From NCBI RefSeq assembly GCF_964194025.1, contig NC_134477.1:59334001-59397920 (forward strand): a stretch of DNA of 63,920 nt, in the 5' to 3' direction. Below, one piece after another: positions 25,301 through 40,300 of this stretch. Both the position numbers and the translations under genes were made by a program. Numbering within the stretch: the first letter of the stretch is position 1; each line of letters opens with the position of its first letter. The stretch comes from Convolutriloba macropyga. Lineage: Eukaryota. The notes under the pieces are model-generated. The model was not told the origin of the DNA, did no database searches, and saw nothing but the letters and a program-made list of their open reading frames with translations.

Positions 25301-28300
25301 TTGCCTGAATTCGAGTTCTCCTCGGGCTCCAATGAATGTTGTAGAATTTTCACTGTAGATTGCTTGGGGAGTACCGCGTCTTCCTGTGAATCTCTTGAGG
25401 GTATCGAGGCAATCTTCTTTGGTTAGATTTTCCACTGGCTCTAAGTGTATCGCCTTTGTGGTGAAACAAATGAATATAACTGCGTATGATTTTTGCAGTT
25501 TCTGTGAAGAATCTTTGGTATAAAACGGCCCGCTATAGTCCGTCCCAGTGAACTGGAAGGCAAAAGATCCAACTATTTGTTCTGCTGGCAGATCTCCCAT
25601 TAATGGCTGGCGTATGCGGGCGTCAAATCGTATGCAGTGCCTGCAGTTGTGAATGACTTTCTTAACACTGGCGATTCCTCTAGGAGTCCAAACTGTTTGT
25701 CGGAGGGCAAAAAGGGTCATCTGGGGTCCACTGTGAAGGTTTTGTCAAATGACTTTCTCGGATGAGTAACTCGGCTAGTGGAGATGTTTTTGGAATGATT
25801 ATGAGGAACTTTTTTTCCACGCTATACGGGGAATTTGCAAGACAACCATCAACGCGGATGACGTTGTTGTCTTCGTCGAAAAATGGGGCGAGGCTGAGTA
25901 GATGACTGTTTTTCTTGATACGCTTGCTGGATGATCCAACTGGTAGGTTTGAAGTTGAGTCTTCTGGTGTTGTTGATCCTTTTATATACCTGAACTCCGG
26001 CAGAAAGAGTTGTTGCATGATGCTGTAAAGGGCTATTCTCGCTGAGTGGAGATCTGATGGGGAAAGTTGATGACAAACACCAATTTGTCTTTTTGCTGTG
26101 ATGTGTTGCTTCTTCATCCCAACTGTTGATAGAAGGCTTGTTGGCGGCGATGAAAGACTTGATGATAAATCCGTCTGTAGCTCGTAAACAGATTCGTTCT
26201 GTGATTTGTGCTCCATTGATTCTTATTGTTTTTGTTGCCCTTCATTTGGACGTTGTTCATCGAAGAGCTGATGCTGTTTATTTGGGTTAACAAAGCTGTT
26301 AAATTCATGATAATAGTCTGGTGTTGAAAGAAAATTGCAGGATGGTGGAACCAAGTCAGTCGGTGTTGACTGGATTTCAGTGGTTGTTTGCTGAAGTCTA
26401 TTCAAACCTTGCGTAAATTGCTTTGCCTTTGACCCTGTGTGCTCGCCAGGGAGAGGGAGCTGCGGGCACAAATCTTCTGCTTCTTGACTGAGGTGATGGA
26501 TGTTTGGCTGTAGGGATTGGTCTTTATGGCTGCTCTGAAGAAGGGGCTGTGGTTGTTGGGAATCGTTTCGATAGCAGATTTTCTGGCGATGAGATGCGAC
26601 ATGATTGTTGCTGGAGAAACACGGATCTTCGCATGGATTTACCTGCAGGTTGGTTACAACAGTTTTTCTGTGAAATTGTTTAAAGATTGGTCTCGGGGGT
26701 TCATCTTGTGTTGTAGATGCTGATGATCTTGGTCGTTGTCAGAAGACTTTAGTTGAACATTCCAGTGCGGCTTTTTGTCAGAAACTGCTTTTGGTTTTGG
26801 TTTTTGATACGTATTTGAAAGATCAATTGCAGGTAGCGACTGACTGTGATTGTTGCTTGACCTTCTCTTTTTTTCTTGCTTGTAGTTGTTGAGTGAATAG
26901 ATTAACGTAAGCGAAGACTATTACAAGTTAATCTAATATTCTGTTGTCTTGCTGCTGATGCTGCGTTACTAGAGACAGTTGGGCTTATGAGTTTACTTCG
27001 CCTAAAGCGTCAGCTGAGGCGTAGCAGAGAGGTGTAACATCCAATGAAGGCCAAAACTGCTCGTCTTGACGCAACCAATTGGGTCCTTTCCACCAAAGTT
27101 GGTGATTAGGAAGTTTGTCGGCTGAAATTCCTTGTGATGCGCAATCAGCTGGATTGTCTTCTGTTGGTACAAACTTCCAATTTTCTGATGGAATGATGAT
27201 CTGAATCTTGGAAACTCGGTTAGCAACGAAAGTCTTCCATTTCCTAAGTATATCCTTAATCCAGGGGAGGGACACCTGTGAATCGGTCCGAGCAAAGACT
27301 TTGGGGTTGGGAAAACGGCTGTCATTGATGGCTTTTTTCACTGCTTGAGACAATTGCGCTCCAAGAAGTGCTGCACAGAGTTCTAAACGCGGGACACATA
27401 AAGTTTTGATTGGGGCAACGCTTGTTTTGGCTGTTATCACTTGTGTGTGCACTCGGTCGTCCATTTGCTCTCGCACGTAGACAACTGCGGCATACGCTGT
27501 GGTTGAGGCGTCACAAAACACATGAAGCTCCAAAGATGACGAAAAAAGTGCTGCAAAAACTCATCGTTCAAGTTTGATCCTTTCCACTTCTCTGAGTCGA
27601 TGCCGAAATCTTCCGTATTGTTCTAGGATGTTTAACGATAGGAATTGGTCCCAGGTCAACTTGTTCATCCAAAGAATTTGCAAGAAGGATTTCAACAAAA
27701 TGGTTGTTGGTGACAATCATCCGAGTGGGTCAAACAACCTTGTGACTTCCGATAACATTTTTCTCTTTGTGTTGCGAAATTCTTTGTCCAGATAAACTGT
27801 GAAGGCGAAACGATCTGGAACAGGGCTCCCCTTTATGCCAAGGGTTTTGACTGTGTAGTTGTCACTGTTGATTATCATTTTGTCTGAGGTTTCGCAAAAA
27901 CTGGAAGGCAATCGCTCAACAAGTGATGAAACGCTTTATGTTCATTTTCGTATATCAAAACAAGCTGTTTTCAGTGTTCCAATTATTTTGTCCTGAAGTT
28001 GAGCGGCGTGTTCTACATCTGAGGCTCCCGTGCTCTAAATCGTCCACATACATGTCATCATTGATTGCAAGGCGGAGGTTGCTGTTGGTGCAACTGTTTG
28101 CTAAGGCTTTGAGAGGTCTAACTGAGTGGTACGAAGATGATGCTATTCCATAGGTCACTCTTGTCATTCTGTATGTTTTCAGTTCTGTGTCATTTGGATT
28201 TTTCCATAAAACCCTGTGAAATCCTTGTCTTCATCGTCGATTTGAACTTATCGGTACATCTTGGCAATGTCGGCAGAAAGTGCTACTTGATGAAACCGAA

Positions 28301-31300
28301 AACGAATCAGAATTCCAAACAGGTCCTATTGAAGTTGAGGTCCAACCATGAGACGGTCGTTTAAAGATACTCCGCTCGCTGACTTAGTGACTTAGCTGAG
28401 ATAACGAATATGACTCTGTGTTTAGTTGTGCTGCAAGCGTCTTTGATGACACAATGGTGTGGCAAGTAGAAACAGTTTGTTGCGGGCACATGAATTTTAT
28501 TCCTGGGAACTTCTTTCATGTGTCCAAGTTGAATGAAATTCTGAATGAACTGACTATATCTGTTGTATAAATCTGGTTGTTTCTCCAGTTGGAAGATGAA
28601 GCTCCGTAGTCTTCTTTTCGCTTGATGGTTTGTGTCACCCAGGGGTTTGGAGTCTTCTTTGAAAGGGAGTCTCACAACAAATCTTCCCTCTGAGTTGCGT
28701 CGGGTGGTACTTTTGAAGTGATCTTCGCATTTCTGTTCTTCTGATGTCCACAGTGTTGCTGTCGGAATTTCTTCAATCACCCAGAATTGCTGTAAATGGT
28801 CTGTTTCAGAACAAATAAAAAAGACTGAAGTTGAGTACTCTTCTTTTCAAGTTGGCTCTCGCGTCCAATCACGAGCCAACCGAAACAAGATAGGCGGCAG
28901 TCAATTGGCTTTTAAGGTTTCTTCATTCTGTTGTCTCCAATCGTGATCTCTTTATAGTGTCCTGCTCCAATTATCAAGTCTATGGTGGATAGCTGTTTGA
29001 AGCTTGGGTCCGCAAGATTGAGGTCCTGAAGTTTTGTCCAACTGCTGACATTTACATGACGCGAAGGCAGATTGCTGGTCAATTTTGCTAAGACAGTTGC
29101 TCTGATGCGGATGAAGTCTTCATCCTTCGTTTTCAGAATCAAGTTAATGATCTTTTGCGGCTGTTGACTTCTTGAACTCCGAGCCCAAAAACTCGGCCGT
29201 CGGCTTTTCCTTTTTTCAATCCAAGGCGTTGTACTGCATGCGTTGTTTTGGGATCCAGAGTCTAGAATGGCTCTGATATCAGTTCTTTTTCCGTTGTTGT
29301 CAACTGAAACAATTGCGGTGGGAAGAAATACTTCCTCTTCTTTTTCTTCATTTTGCGACTGTGCTGCGGCTGTAAAATTTTCTTTGCTTTTGTTGACTGT
29401 TTTCGATGCTTGATTGCTTGCTTCTTGTGGTGACGTACTGCTAGTTGTAACCGTTGGCGCTGATGAAGCTCTCCTCGATGTGTTATTGGCTTCCAAATGC
29501 AAAAGACTGTAGTGCTTTCATTTGCATTTCTTACAAGTTAAACCGTTGCATTGTTCACTTCGATGTCCGGGCGTAGGCAGTTGAAGCAAAGTGTTTTTGT
29601 CTTGATCAACTGAGCTCGGTCCTGTACTGCAAGTGCTTTGAAACTTTATCATTGATAAATTGTGTGGTTTTAGTCGCAACATTCACACGTTGTAGTCGCT
29701 GATGTGGCTATATGTGAATGGAATCTTCGAAGTTGTGGGCTGCTGGTGGGCTTCTTGTCAATGGCTGATAATGACTGCTGTATGGCTGCTTCTAGGGCGC
29801 GTGTTCTTTCTTCCATGAAGTTCTTCAAATCAAGATAGCGTTGGGGATTTCTTCCTTGTGATGAAAGGTCCCAACATTTTCTCGTTTCGGCGGACAATTT
29901 CTCTGCAATGAGGTACACGACAAAGATGTCCTGATCGTCCACGGGCTGTCCAAGGTTGCTGAGCGCTAATCTGTGTAGAAAAAGAGATTTTTGAACAAAT
30001 ATTGTTTACTACAATTAACGTTTTTGATAAACCGTTACTTAGTCTTTTTTTAAAACTAAACAGTATAATCAAAATTAAAGGGAAGATTGCATTACAATTT
30101 GTATACATATTTGTTCTACGTTCTAAATCTCAAGTTTCTAATTATTTTTTAGTGTGACAACTGTTTATCGGGATCCAATACTGAAACTGTCTTTCATACC
30201 GTGATCTAGTTAATTCGCTCACAAAAGAATATAAAGAAAAAAAAGCTCAAATTTGTTGTTGTCTTAACCTCTGCATGAAAAAAGCTACGTGAATTTGTTT
30301 TCAAATGTTTTTGACGTCAAGTGTCCAGGTGTTTTTCCGTGAATTTGAGTAGCGAAATCGGTTCAAAAATCTTTAGTCTATTCGAAGCACAAAATCAGAG
30401 GCGACAGAATTTGGTTCATGATTTTGCAGTTATTTACATCTTTAAGCTCCTGCATTTTAACAATCCTCTGGCCTGAATCTTGAAAAAACATAATTAGGTA
30501 ATGAATAGGAGTTATTAAAAAATACTCTGAGGCGAAACAACCCAATTTTGTTGTTACTTACAATAATGATAGACGTAATTGAATTTATTATATTGTGTCA
30601 CTTTTTTGGGGCTCTTTTTCGGTGTTAATTTTTAAAATGAAATTAATTTTTGGGAATTGGTGCACGCTATTTAAATTTGAGGATGTATTCTCACCCCTCC
30701 CCTAGCTTAGTGATCAAATTAATGTTAGACCCCACAAACGCAGGTGCTTTTTTTTACATAGTAACGTTCTATATAACATTATAAAATTTTAAAGTCGGGC
30801 TGGAGGCCTAAAAAGCGCAAAGGGGAAGGGGCAGAATAGATGCAAATTTAGTTCTGTAAAGTGCGTTCATGTTCTGATTCTGCGTGACTATAGAAATTTT
30901 AGAGACTTAAGTTTTAAACAGTTCCACTATTATGTAAACATAAAATACGCTTGAGAGAAAAAATAGAAGAACTGTTATGGGGTCTACGCTGGTGGAACAA
31001 CTGTGAAAATGGATCAGTACTGGATTCGAACCAGCATCTCCTACTTTCAAGCCTAGTGTGCTACCCATGTACACCAACTGGTTTTAAGCTTTCAGACTTG
31101 GACATGTCTTATAACGCGTTCTCACGTTCTTTCTTGTTCTTCAAGGCTTCATTTATCTAGTCAAGTATAAAGTGAACAAGCAGAACTTCTTGTCAAGTTT
31201 ATCCTATGCACAATTTACATTAGGTTGTTCTCTCTCAACGTTCTAACAAGAAACGTATAACCTTAAAAAGTCGACATATTATAAAACCTAAGGTTGCTCC

Positions 31301-34300
31301 TTGTATTATATAAACGTGGTAACATTCTATCGAAAAAACAAACAATTAAATCCTGGTAAAAAAGATTGGTGCAAAATGACATTCGGATGGTAATGCACTA
31401 AACGGATCTATTCTGTTTTGCCCCCCCCCGCAGCTTAGTGGGCTTATATATTTTACGCCCCCAGGCGCACGTTCTATACTTTTACATAGTAACGTGCTAT
31501 ATAACAACATAATTTGTCACTGGGGGCGCAAAAAACACTGGGGGGCTGAAACAGAATAAATCCCACTAAACATACCTAGTCCATAAGAATCCAGAAAGAA
31601 TCGAAGTCGTTCGGAGTCGTCTGGATCTGTAATCTCTGGTTGCTCACAGTACGAGAAGGGGTCCTCTACGTCCAGGACAGAACTGCCAGGACTTAAATCC
31701 ATGTTCTCAAAATTCTCGATCACTTCAAATTTACTCATGTTTTTTGGTTTTGCTTTTTAAGGGTAAATAAAATAGCCAAATTATAAATTTTTGTCTTAAA
31801 TTTAAGTTTTTTTCAAAAGTAGAGGGTTAAACCCTGGCCTGCATTTCTTTTCATTTTTTCAATTTTCCATTGCTCTGATTTTTGCAACAAAGTGTCCTCT
31901 AATTTAATGAAAAACTATAGAAGAGAAAAAAATAGGAATTCTAATCAACTCTCGTTGCGAGTCCACTTTTGCATAACTTGCCGATGAAATAACTTGTTAG
32001 CGCTCGATTGGTACTAAAAATCCTAAACCACGGCGAATGCTTTTGGATTCTCGAGTCGAAAATAGAGGTTAATCTTGTAAGAGCTTGCGAGGTTCTTGCA
32101 AGATTCTTACAAGACGTTGTTAAATCTTACAAAATTCTTACAAGATTCTTACAAGATTCTTACAAAATTCTTACATGATTCTTACAAGATTCTTACAAGA
32201 TTCTTACAAGATTCCTACACGATTCTTACAAGATTCTCACACGATTCTTACAAGATTCTTACAAAATTCTCACACGATTCTTAGAAAATTCTTATAAGAT
32301 TCTTACAAGATTCTTACAAGATTCTTACAAGATTCTTTCATGATTCTTACAAGATTCTTACACGATTCTTACAAGATTCTCACACGATTCTTACAAGATT
32401 CTTACAAAATTCTCACACGATTCTTAGAAAATTCTTATAAGATTCTTACAAGATTCTTACAAGATTCTTACAAGATTCTTTCATGATTCTTACAAGATTC
32501 TTACACGATTCTTACAAGATTCTTACAAAATTCTCACACGATTCTTAGAAAATTCTTATAAGATTCTTACAAGATTCTTACAAGATTCTTACAAGATTCT
32601 TTCATGATTCTTACAAGATTCTTACACGATTCTTACAAGATTCTCACACGATTCTTACAAGATTCTTACAAGATTCTTACACGATTCTTAGAAGATTCTT
32701 ATAAGATTCTTACAAGATTCTTAGAAGATTAACCTTTCCCTACAAGATTCTTACAAGATTTTTTTCTTTCAAGATACTTAGAAGACTATCTCGGTTATCT
32801 GTTTACGCCCTTCTTTTCTCGCCACTGTTGTTATATGAAGAGTGTCGAGAACAGAGTGGCAGAAAAAAAGACCAATCACCTGCTGTGTCTTAATTTATGC
32901 AACTTTTCTATGTCAGTCCTATAGAGTTTCAACGCTATCGAACGTTTTAAAGGTCAAAGTTCAAATTTGAAACATGCAGATATCTAGCAAAGCACTGCCC
33001 ATTTGCACACCCGAGTTTTTCGAACGTTAGCTTGCGTTGCAAATTTATGGGACTTACTATAGCGTGTCCCATAAAGTTGAAATCAGCGAGCGTTTCAAAA
33101 GCCAGTTAGAGTTCAAAGTTCAAATTAAAAACAAGTAGAAAAAATTGATAAATGAAGGCTTACTGAAAAAACATCGACATTTAAATAAGCACATTGATGC
33201 TCAATTGCACGTTTTTGGCGTTTTTCGAACGTTCGCTTGTTTCAACTTTATGGGACAGACTATATAATCGCACCGAGAGTTGATTAAAAATTTTACCACA
33301 AGGCTGTTTTCGCAATCTCGAAGCTGTTTAACAACCCACAACTCGGTTTCGCCTCGGAGTTTTCTACTTTTTTGAGAGCGATAACAACCCTGTGGTTATA
33401 TTCATTCCTGTTTTGTGTGGTTACTGCAAGTGAATCATTCGATGCTCTTTTTTTTCAAAACCAAAACCCTTTCCTGCCATGTCCGACTGGGGTGATCCAA
33501 AATCTATCTGGGAAAGTGACATGGCCAGCTCGTCTCCTCTGGGCGAATGACTACTTTTGGCGAACAAGTTACTCCCGCTGCTCGCGCTTAAGTTGCTAGT
33601 TGGCAAACTCAACTCCGAAAGTGACCTTTGAAATGACTGGGAAGGGGAGACGACACCCCACTCTTGGTTTTTCCTGACGAGGCTGAAAAAGAGACAGAAT
33701 GATCCAGACAAAGGCTTTACACTCGGGCTGAGGTGCGATTCGTAATGGTAAGCCCAGGTTTGGTCGATAAAGTAAGCAAGAATTATGCACTGAGGTCCAA
33801 AAATTTAGTGATAATTCCGGTGCAGCTGTAACAACATTTCAGCACTGTTCAGCAATTTAGTAAACAAAAAAAAAATAAAATGCATATAAAGGACTACCAA
33901 AGAATGTGCATTAGTTGGGACTGAAGATGGAATTGAAACAATCTAATTGGCGCAAATGTAAACTCTATTAAGAAATGAAATAAAGGAGAGCGAATTTAAA
34001 AAAAAATTAGTTCTTTCCTGAAGTGATTGTTTCTCATTTCTCCTATTTTTGAAAGCACTTAAAGGAACTAATATTGTTATTGCACAGTCATATTAAACAT
34101 TTAGGACTAAGGCGGAATTTCTAACAACGAAAATTAAAGATTTGCGCAAAAATAAATGTAAAAGATAGTAATAAATTTTCCAAAAATTCCTGAATTTAGT
34201 TTTTTTTTAAAAAAAGAAACTATAGCAGCGTCCTTTTAGTTTTTTTCACATTTGACGTTGACCGAAATTAGTGGTTGACTAGAACCCAGCGGGGGGCCGA

Positions 34301-37300
34301 AGTTTGATATATATCGGAAGCTTAAAAAACAATTACCAGATTATCATGTCAAGAAAACAAATTTTCCGTTTATCAGGGTAAGTTTTTTTCCTGTTGTTCT
34401 TGTCTCAAAAAACCAGATTTGGCCGGTATTGCATTTTTTTGCCAAAATCATTTCTTTATTTATTCATTTCTTATCAACTTTCTTTATATTTTCTACATTA
34501 TGTATTCAAGTTTTAGTGTTTCAAGTTTAGCGAAAGTGCCCGAGAACTATACAAACGTAAGTTTTTTCATCTAGTTTTTCTGATATTTCCTTTTGTTAAT
34601 TCATTAAAAGTTATAAAAAACACCATAACTTTTTCCCTAGAATCCAATACTTTGATACAGAGAGGCCCTAATGGGCTGGCACGCACGTTAGGTTGTTCAA
34701 AAGGTAGATGATGCATCAAGAAGATAAACAACAACTTCTAAATTTGTTTCGTATCTTCTTTTTCACAAGAAAAACTGTTTTTGTTATAATCTGTTATGAA
34801 AGCTGTTCAACAAGATAAAGTTTTTGCAAAACAAAAGTACCGAAATTCTGCTATTTCTCCAATTATGAAATTTAATATAGGATTTCCTAGAAAACTGAAA
34901 AAGAACATTGTTCTTCTCCTCTGTTTCCTCTTTAATAATTGTAAACGCCTCTTCAATTTTCCAATTATGCTTTTTAATCGTTTCGGTATTGAATAAAATG
35001 AAGATCTACTACCAACTCAATTTTAAACTGGGCAAAAATTGGCGCCAAGAAGAAAAAAGAACTTGAGAAGAGAAAAAACTTGTTCCTGTTTTTGTTTTTC
35101 CAAAAGTTGTTTTTATGAGGAAATTTTTGCATTGTTTTGCTTTCAAACAAAATTGTTTAATCTGCCGTAATCATAAATATAAAGTTTAATAAGATTTTTC
35201 ATAACTATATAGCTATCATAATCGTATGAGTTAATATACCCCACACCAACCCCTCCTCCAATACTTTTCCTTTACACTTTTCCTTTTTTTCTTCCAGTTC
35301 TTAAACAGCTTCCCTTTTCAACTTTCAATAGACCTCTCAACTTTGCAAAATAGTTGTTGACGTACTCTATTAAATTATATTAATTAAAACTGACTAAGAG
35401 TCTAAAAATAAAACAGGTTGCCTATTATGATTCTTTTTTCTAATAAATTTGTCTTTGTATATATTTTGAGAATTTGAGAATTGAAAGTTTAGATAGCCTG
35501 CAAAGTTTTCAAATTTTTAGGCGGCTGAGGGTATATGGGACAGAATTACTTATAGTAAATAAAATGTCAGTGATAACTCGCTGCGCTTTTAAAAGTTTCA
35601 ATTTTTTTCAAAATAAAGTGAAATGCATCATATCATGGGACAAGAATTCGTTTTGAGGCATTGATTCTTGATCAGCATTGATTCGTTTTGAAGCTCTGAA
35701 TCATGATTGAAGAAGAAAATTCATAAAAAACATTCTATAATGACCAGACTAACATCTAATTTATTTAGTTAAGCTGAAGAAATCTTAATTTTAACATCAT
35801 TATAGAGGGAGTGACACATCACAATAGTATTGTGCAACAATTTTAGATTGCAGCTGGTTTAGAGTTTTAATCTTTAAGTTTTGAAATTCCAATTTGGTTT
35901 TCTGTGTGCATAATGAGCCAATTTATGACATTTTACCAATTTTAGTTGAGGCAGTTTTTATTTTTATGAAGCTAATCAATCTCTTGTAAAGCGAGGTTTG
36001 AACGTGAGAGTGTGTTGTGTGTATTTCTGTCCTTGTGTTTGTGTGTGTGTGTGGGTGTGTGGGCATGAGGGTGTGTTGGTGTATAAAAAACCGGTATGTT
36101 ACTGTAAAAATTGACCTAAACGATTCGACAGCGGGATTCGTGGTTTAGTTTGTTTTAGCTAAATTAATTAAGCTTTATATTTAAGTGATCTTACCTTATT
36201 TCTGACCTCAAAGTGTCTTCCTTGATATCAAAATAGTTTTGAAAAAGAATAAATTATACTTTATAAATGTAGTACTGATAACTGTTGAGAAAGAGCTCAA
36301 CTAACTGGGTTTAAAGGCAGAAAAGTATTATTTGTTAATAGGCAAAGCAATAGGGCCCACAGAGCAAAATCACAATTACCTCTTGAAACACGCAAAAGCT
36401 TAATAAATTGTGTGCTATTTTTTGCTATAGAAAATAGGTTTACAATGCACAAGGACGGACAGGTCCTCATGACCCATTACTCGGTTTCCGAACTGGAGGA
36501 GGACGATGAGCTGGAAGAACGCGAGCGAGGCTTCCTTTTTATCTTCTGCGGTTTTGAAATCTGACTTCCCCTAAGTAACTGAGAATGAAGAGAGCGAAAC
36601 TCACTCTGAACACCTCTGAGATGACGATATGTTTTCGAAAAAGACCCAGAGGCAGACACAGTGTCCGTATTCGCCCCAGTATTGTGGACTTTAGAAATTT
36701 TTGGTCGCTTAGTTTGTTTTTTCTTTAAAGTAAAAACCTCTGCGAAAAGCAGAAGACTTGCCGCCCGAGACTCGTCTAACATGTTAGTGAGCTTGAAAAC
36801 GTGAGCTTTTATTTTGTCAAGGTCATCTGTGGTATCATAACGGTCACGTTCATTAGCCTCACGAGACTGTCGAAGCCTTATCAGCTGATCCCGAAGATTG
36901 TGGTTTCCAGTGGAAATGTCAACTGGGATCGCCACAAGATCCAGAGTATCTAGTAGAGGTCTGCGTCTTGCATTGTAAAGATCCTGAATGCGAACTTTTC
37001 CCTTATGGTAAAGTTCAACAAAACGCAACACTGCGTGCAGATTTGGTGAAAAGACTAAACCGATTAGCTGGATTGGGCAATTTCGCGGAGGACCAATAGC
37101 ATGGCGTGTATTGCCTCCTTCTTGCGGGCTGGCTTGTGAACCCGAATTTGCTGTTACCGAAACCGTCGTCACGACTAGAATATTTTTGAATGGCGGACAA
37201 AAGATAACAGCCATTTCATCCGAAGACACAGATGAACAGACATCCGTTTGATGCTGATGAACTTGATGCTGTGATGGATTCTCTCTGAACACCAGCAATT

Positions 37301-40300
37301 GGTCCTTTGCCCCGTTTCCAGTTATGCCTGAATTTGACTGCAAGTCCATGATATCATTGAGCAGCCGAAATGCAGGAGAAGAAACAGCTGATAGCAAATC
37401 CGGGTCAAGAAGAATATCAGGGTCTGGAGAAGCAGGCGTTATGTTAACTGTTTCCGATTTGAGAGAAGTGCATATGAGCTGCTAATGATCGATGAGAAAA
37501 TTTTAAATAAAGCAAAGAAATTTAGTATATTGGCTTTTTCAAAAACAAAACACTAGGTAAAACAAAGGATCAGCTGGAGTTTAAATACTTGTTGTATAGC
37601 GCGGAGAAGTTAATTGTGCTGACGGATAAATTGAAACAACTACAACAGTTCTGTTGTCGGGAGCGTCGTCAACGTCGTTTAAAAGTTGGTCCGGAATGGC
37701 AGGCGCAGATGCGTCTTTATTATGAAGCATTTTTGTTAAATGCGCGATAGGGTTGAGAAGCCAAAAGCTGTCCAGAAAGGAACTCCATGAGAAAGGAGTC
37801 TGAGCGCAAAAACAAGTTTCAATGTATAAAAAATTAACCCCATGATGTGCCAACGTTGTTAGCGTAACCACAGTGCACCTCTCGGCGTAATACCAACCAT
37901 CGCTAGTAACAGATTGCAAATCAATCAAGTATTTCCATAATGCCAAATTTTCCAGTTCGTCAGAAACGCTGGGGTTAAAATGCATTAAACCGGATGAGAA
38001 AGTTGACTGCGGGACCAAGTTATAATTCTCGTCCCGAAATGGTGCGGCGCGAGTATTTTAAAACTCGAGCTTTAGCGCCTTGCCTTAAGTTTTTATAGAA
38101 AAAGAGACCAGCGGTATGTAATGAAGCTAAGTTATCACTAAAATCTAAGTGGCCGAAAACACTTAAAGACTTGGCGGACGAGCGACAGAATAATCATATC
38201 CCTAGTGCATCCAGATGCCTTCTGAAGTGCGGTACATGTAAGGTGCTATGAGATCACGAGCAGTTAACGTATAGTTGGATAAACAACCTGTGTAATCGGT
38301 TTCATGAAACGAATTTGCGTATCATTGCCCAAATTTACTGGAACTTCTTCCGTGCAGTATGGGAAATCCGCAATCCCCGCTTCAATTTTTGCACATTTGT
38401 GATAGTAAAAAACTGTATACATTTTTTTTACATGTATACCAACCATGGAGCCAGATCCTCATAAAAGATTTGGATAGTCCAAATTTGACACTAAAGAAAT
38501 GTGTCCATTTAATATCATCTGACGCGTATTGCAAATTTCAATTTTGATGAAGTTCATAATTCGTTGCCGCGAATGATGCGCGTTGACATGCACAAACTCA
38601 ATTTTAGTCCTATAGACTAAGTTTGGAATCGCATCTGTGTTGTAGTCTTTTTCCGGAAAATTGCTCTGTTATAGGTTCAATGACAAAATGAACACCAGAG
38701 TAGGTCGTTGGTCGAACTTTGTACGAGCATACGCTAACAGTGCTGCTCAAACAACAGAGTGTTCGAAAGATCAATACAAAAGACGCGGAATGAGCCTTGG
38801 AAGCAGTTTTTCCAATCAAGTACATGTATTCAGCAGATGAGAATTGAACGCCAAGATGCTCCATAAAAAACTCGAATATATATGTAATCAATCTTGCATT
38901 GGTCGTAGAAGTGTGGTAAACAAGTGATTGAGTCATATTGAAAATCAGATTGAATGTGGGTTTTTGCGTGTGTGGGTGTTTGTGTGGGTGTGTGTGGGTG
39001 TATGTGTGTGTGTATGTGTGTGTGCTTGTTGTGTGCCTGTGTTTGTGTTTTTGCGTTTTCTCGAGCGTGTGTGTGCGTGTGTATGTGTTGTGTTTGGTTG
39101 ATCTTTGATCTCAACTTTAGTATTGGTCGCCAGTGAAAACGTTCGTGTCGACGCGGATGTGTTTTTTAGTCTAAACGAGTGTGCCCTTGTATTTCAGGTT
39201 GCTCACTCGTTTCGGACAATGCTTAAGAGTAAGCTCATAGCACTTCACTGACAGATGAGTGCTTTTCTGATTGAATTTTCAGAGATCACAGATTCATTAA
39301 ACATAGCAAAATCAGAGAAGTGACATCTCATCCATGAAGCCCAAATTATCATTAATACACCAACAGAAAACCATGTTTTGGTAAAATTTTTTTATTGACT
39401 ATAAAGATACACACAATNNNNNNNNNNNNNNNNNNNNNNNNNNNNNNNNNNNNNNNNNNNNNNNNNNNNNNNNNNNNNNNNNNNNNNNNNNNNNNNNNNN
39501 NNNNNNNNNNNNNNNNNNNNNNNNNNNNNNNNNNNNNNNNNNNNNNNNNNNNNNNNNNNNNNNNNNNNNNNNNNNNNNNNNNNNNNCGGCTGCGTTGAGT
39601 ATCTATTTCCGGCTCTTCGAAGGCAGATTGCGGGATTGAGTACAAGTATGGGACTAGAAAAATTAATGCAATTTATGTCCCGAATTTCGTTCGCTCACCA
39701 AATATTCGTGCCTTCACCAGATTTCATGCGTTCATGTAAAGAGTTTCGTGCTTTCACGTTCAAACTTTCGTGCGTTCACCAGACTTTCGCGCCTTTTCCA
39801 GATTTGGTGCGTTCGTGTTCAGATTTTTGTTCGTCCACTAGATTTTAAGGTAATACTTTTGTTCAGACGTTTGTGGTGCGGTTCTGTTCAGACTTTCGCG
39901 CGTTCACCAAACTTTTGCGTGTTCAGGCTCAGACATTCGTGCGTTCACCAGATTTTGTGCATTGAGGTTCACTATTTCGTGCGTTCATGTCCAGATTTTT
40001 CTTCATTCAAATTCAAACAAAATTCAATAACTACACATAAATTATTTCCTAGTATTCAGCATAAATTTATTTATTTTGTATGTAAATCCTCAAAATTATA
40101 GCTTCTATCTAGAGCAGTAAAAAAACATTGCGTAAAAATTAAAAAAAAAGCATTGCAAGAAATTAATTGACTGATTACATGTACTCTGGCATTTATTCGA
40201 TTTTTTCGACTGCAGTTTCTTTTTATAATTCAAGAAGTAAAAGTTTCGAATGCAACGCAAAAGACTGGGTGCATTTCTTTCACCATCGGCGTTTTGCTAC

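Noticed and set aside
31011-31080. Functional tRNA genes at ~31.0, ~41.1 and ~47.8 kb
   Set aside because: A/B boxes are present but the cloverleaf stems are poor; better treated as SINE heads or pseudogenes
38830-39136. His/Thr-rich and Cys/Val-rich ORFs
   Set aside because: Translations of a degenerate (GT)n microsatellite
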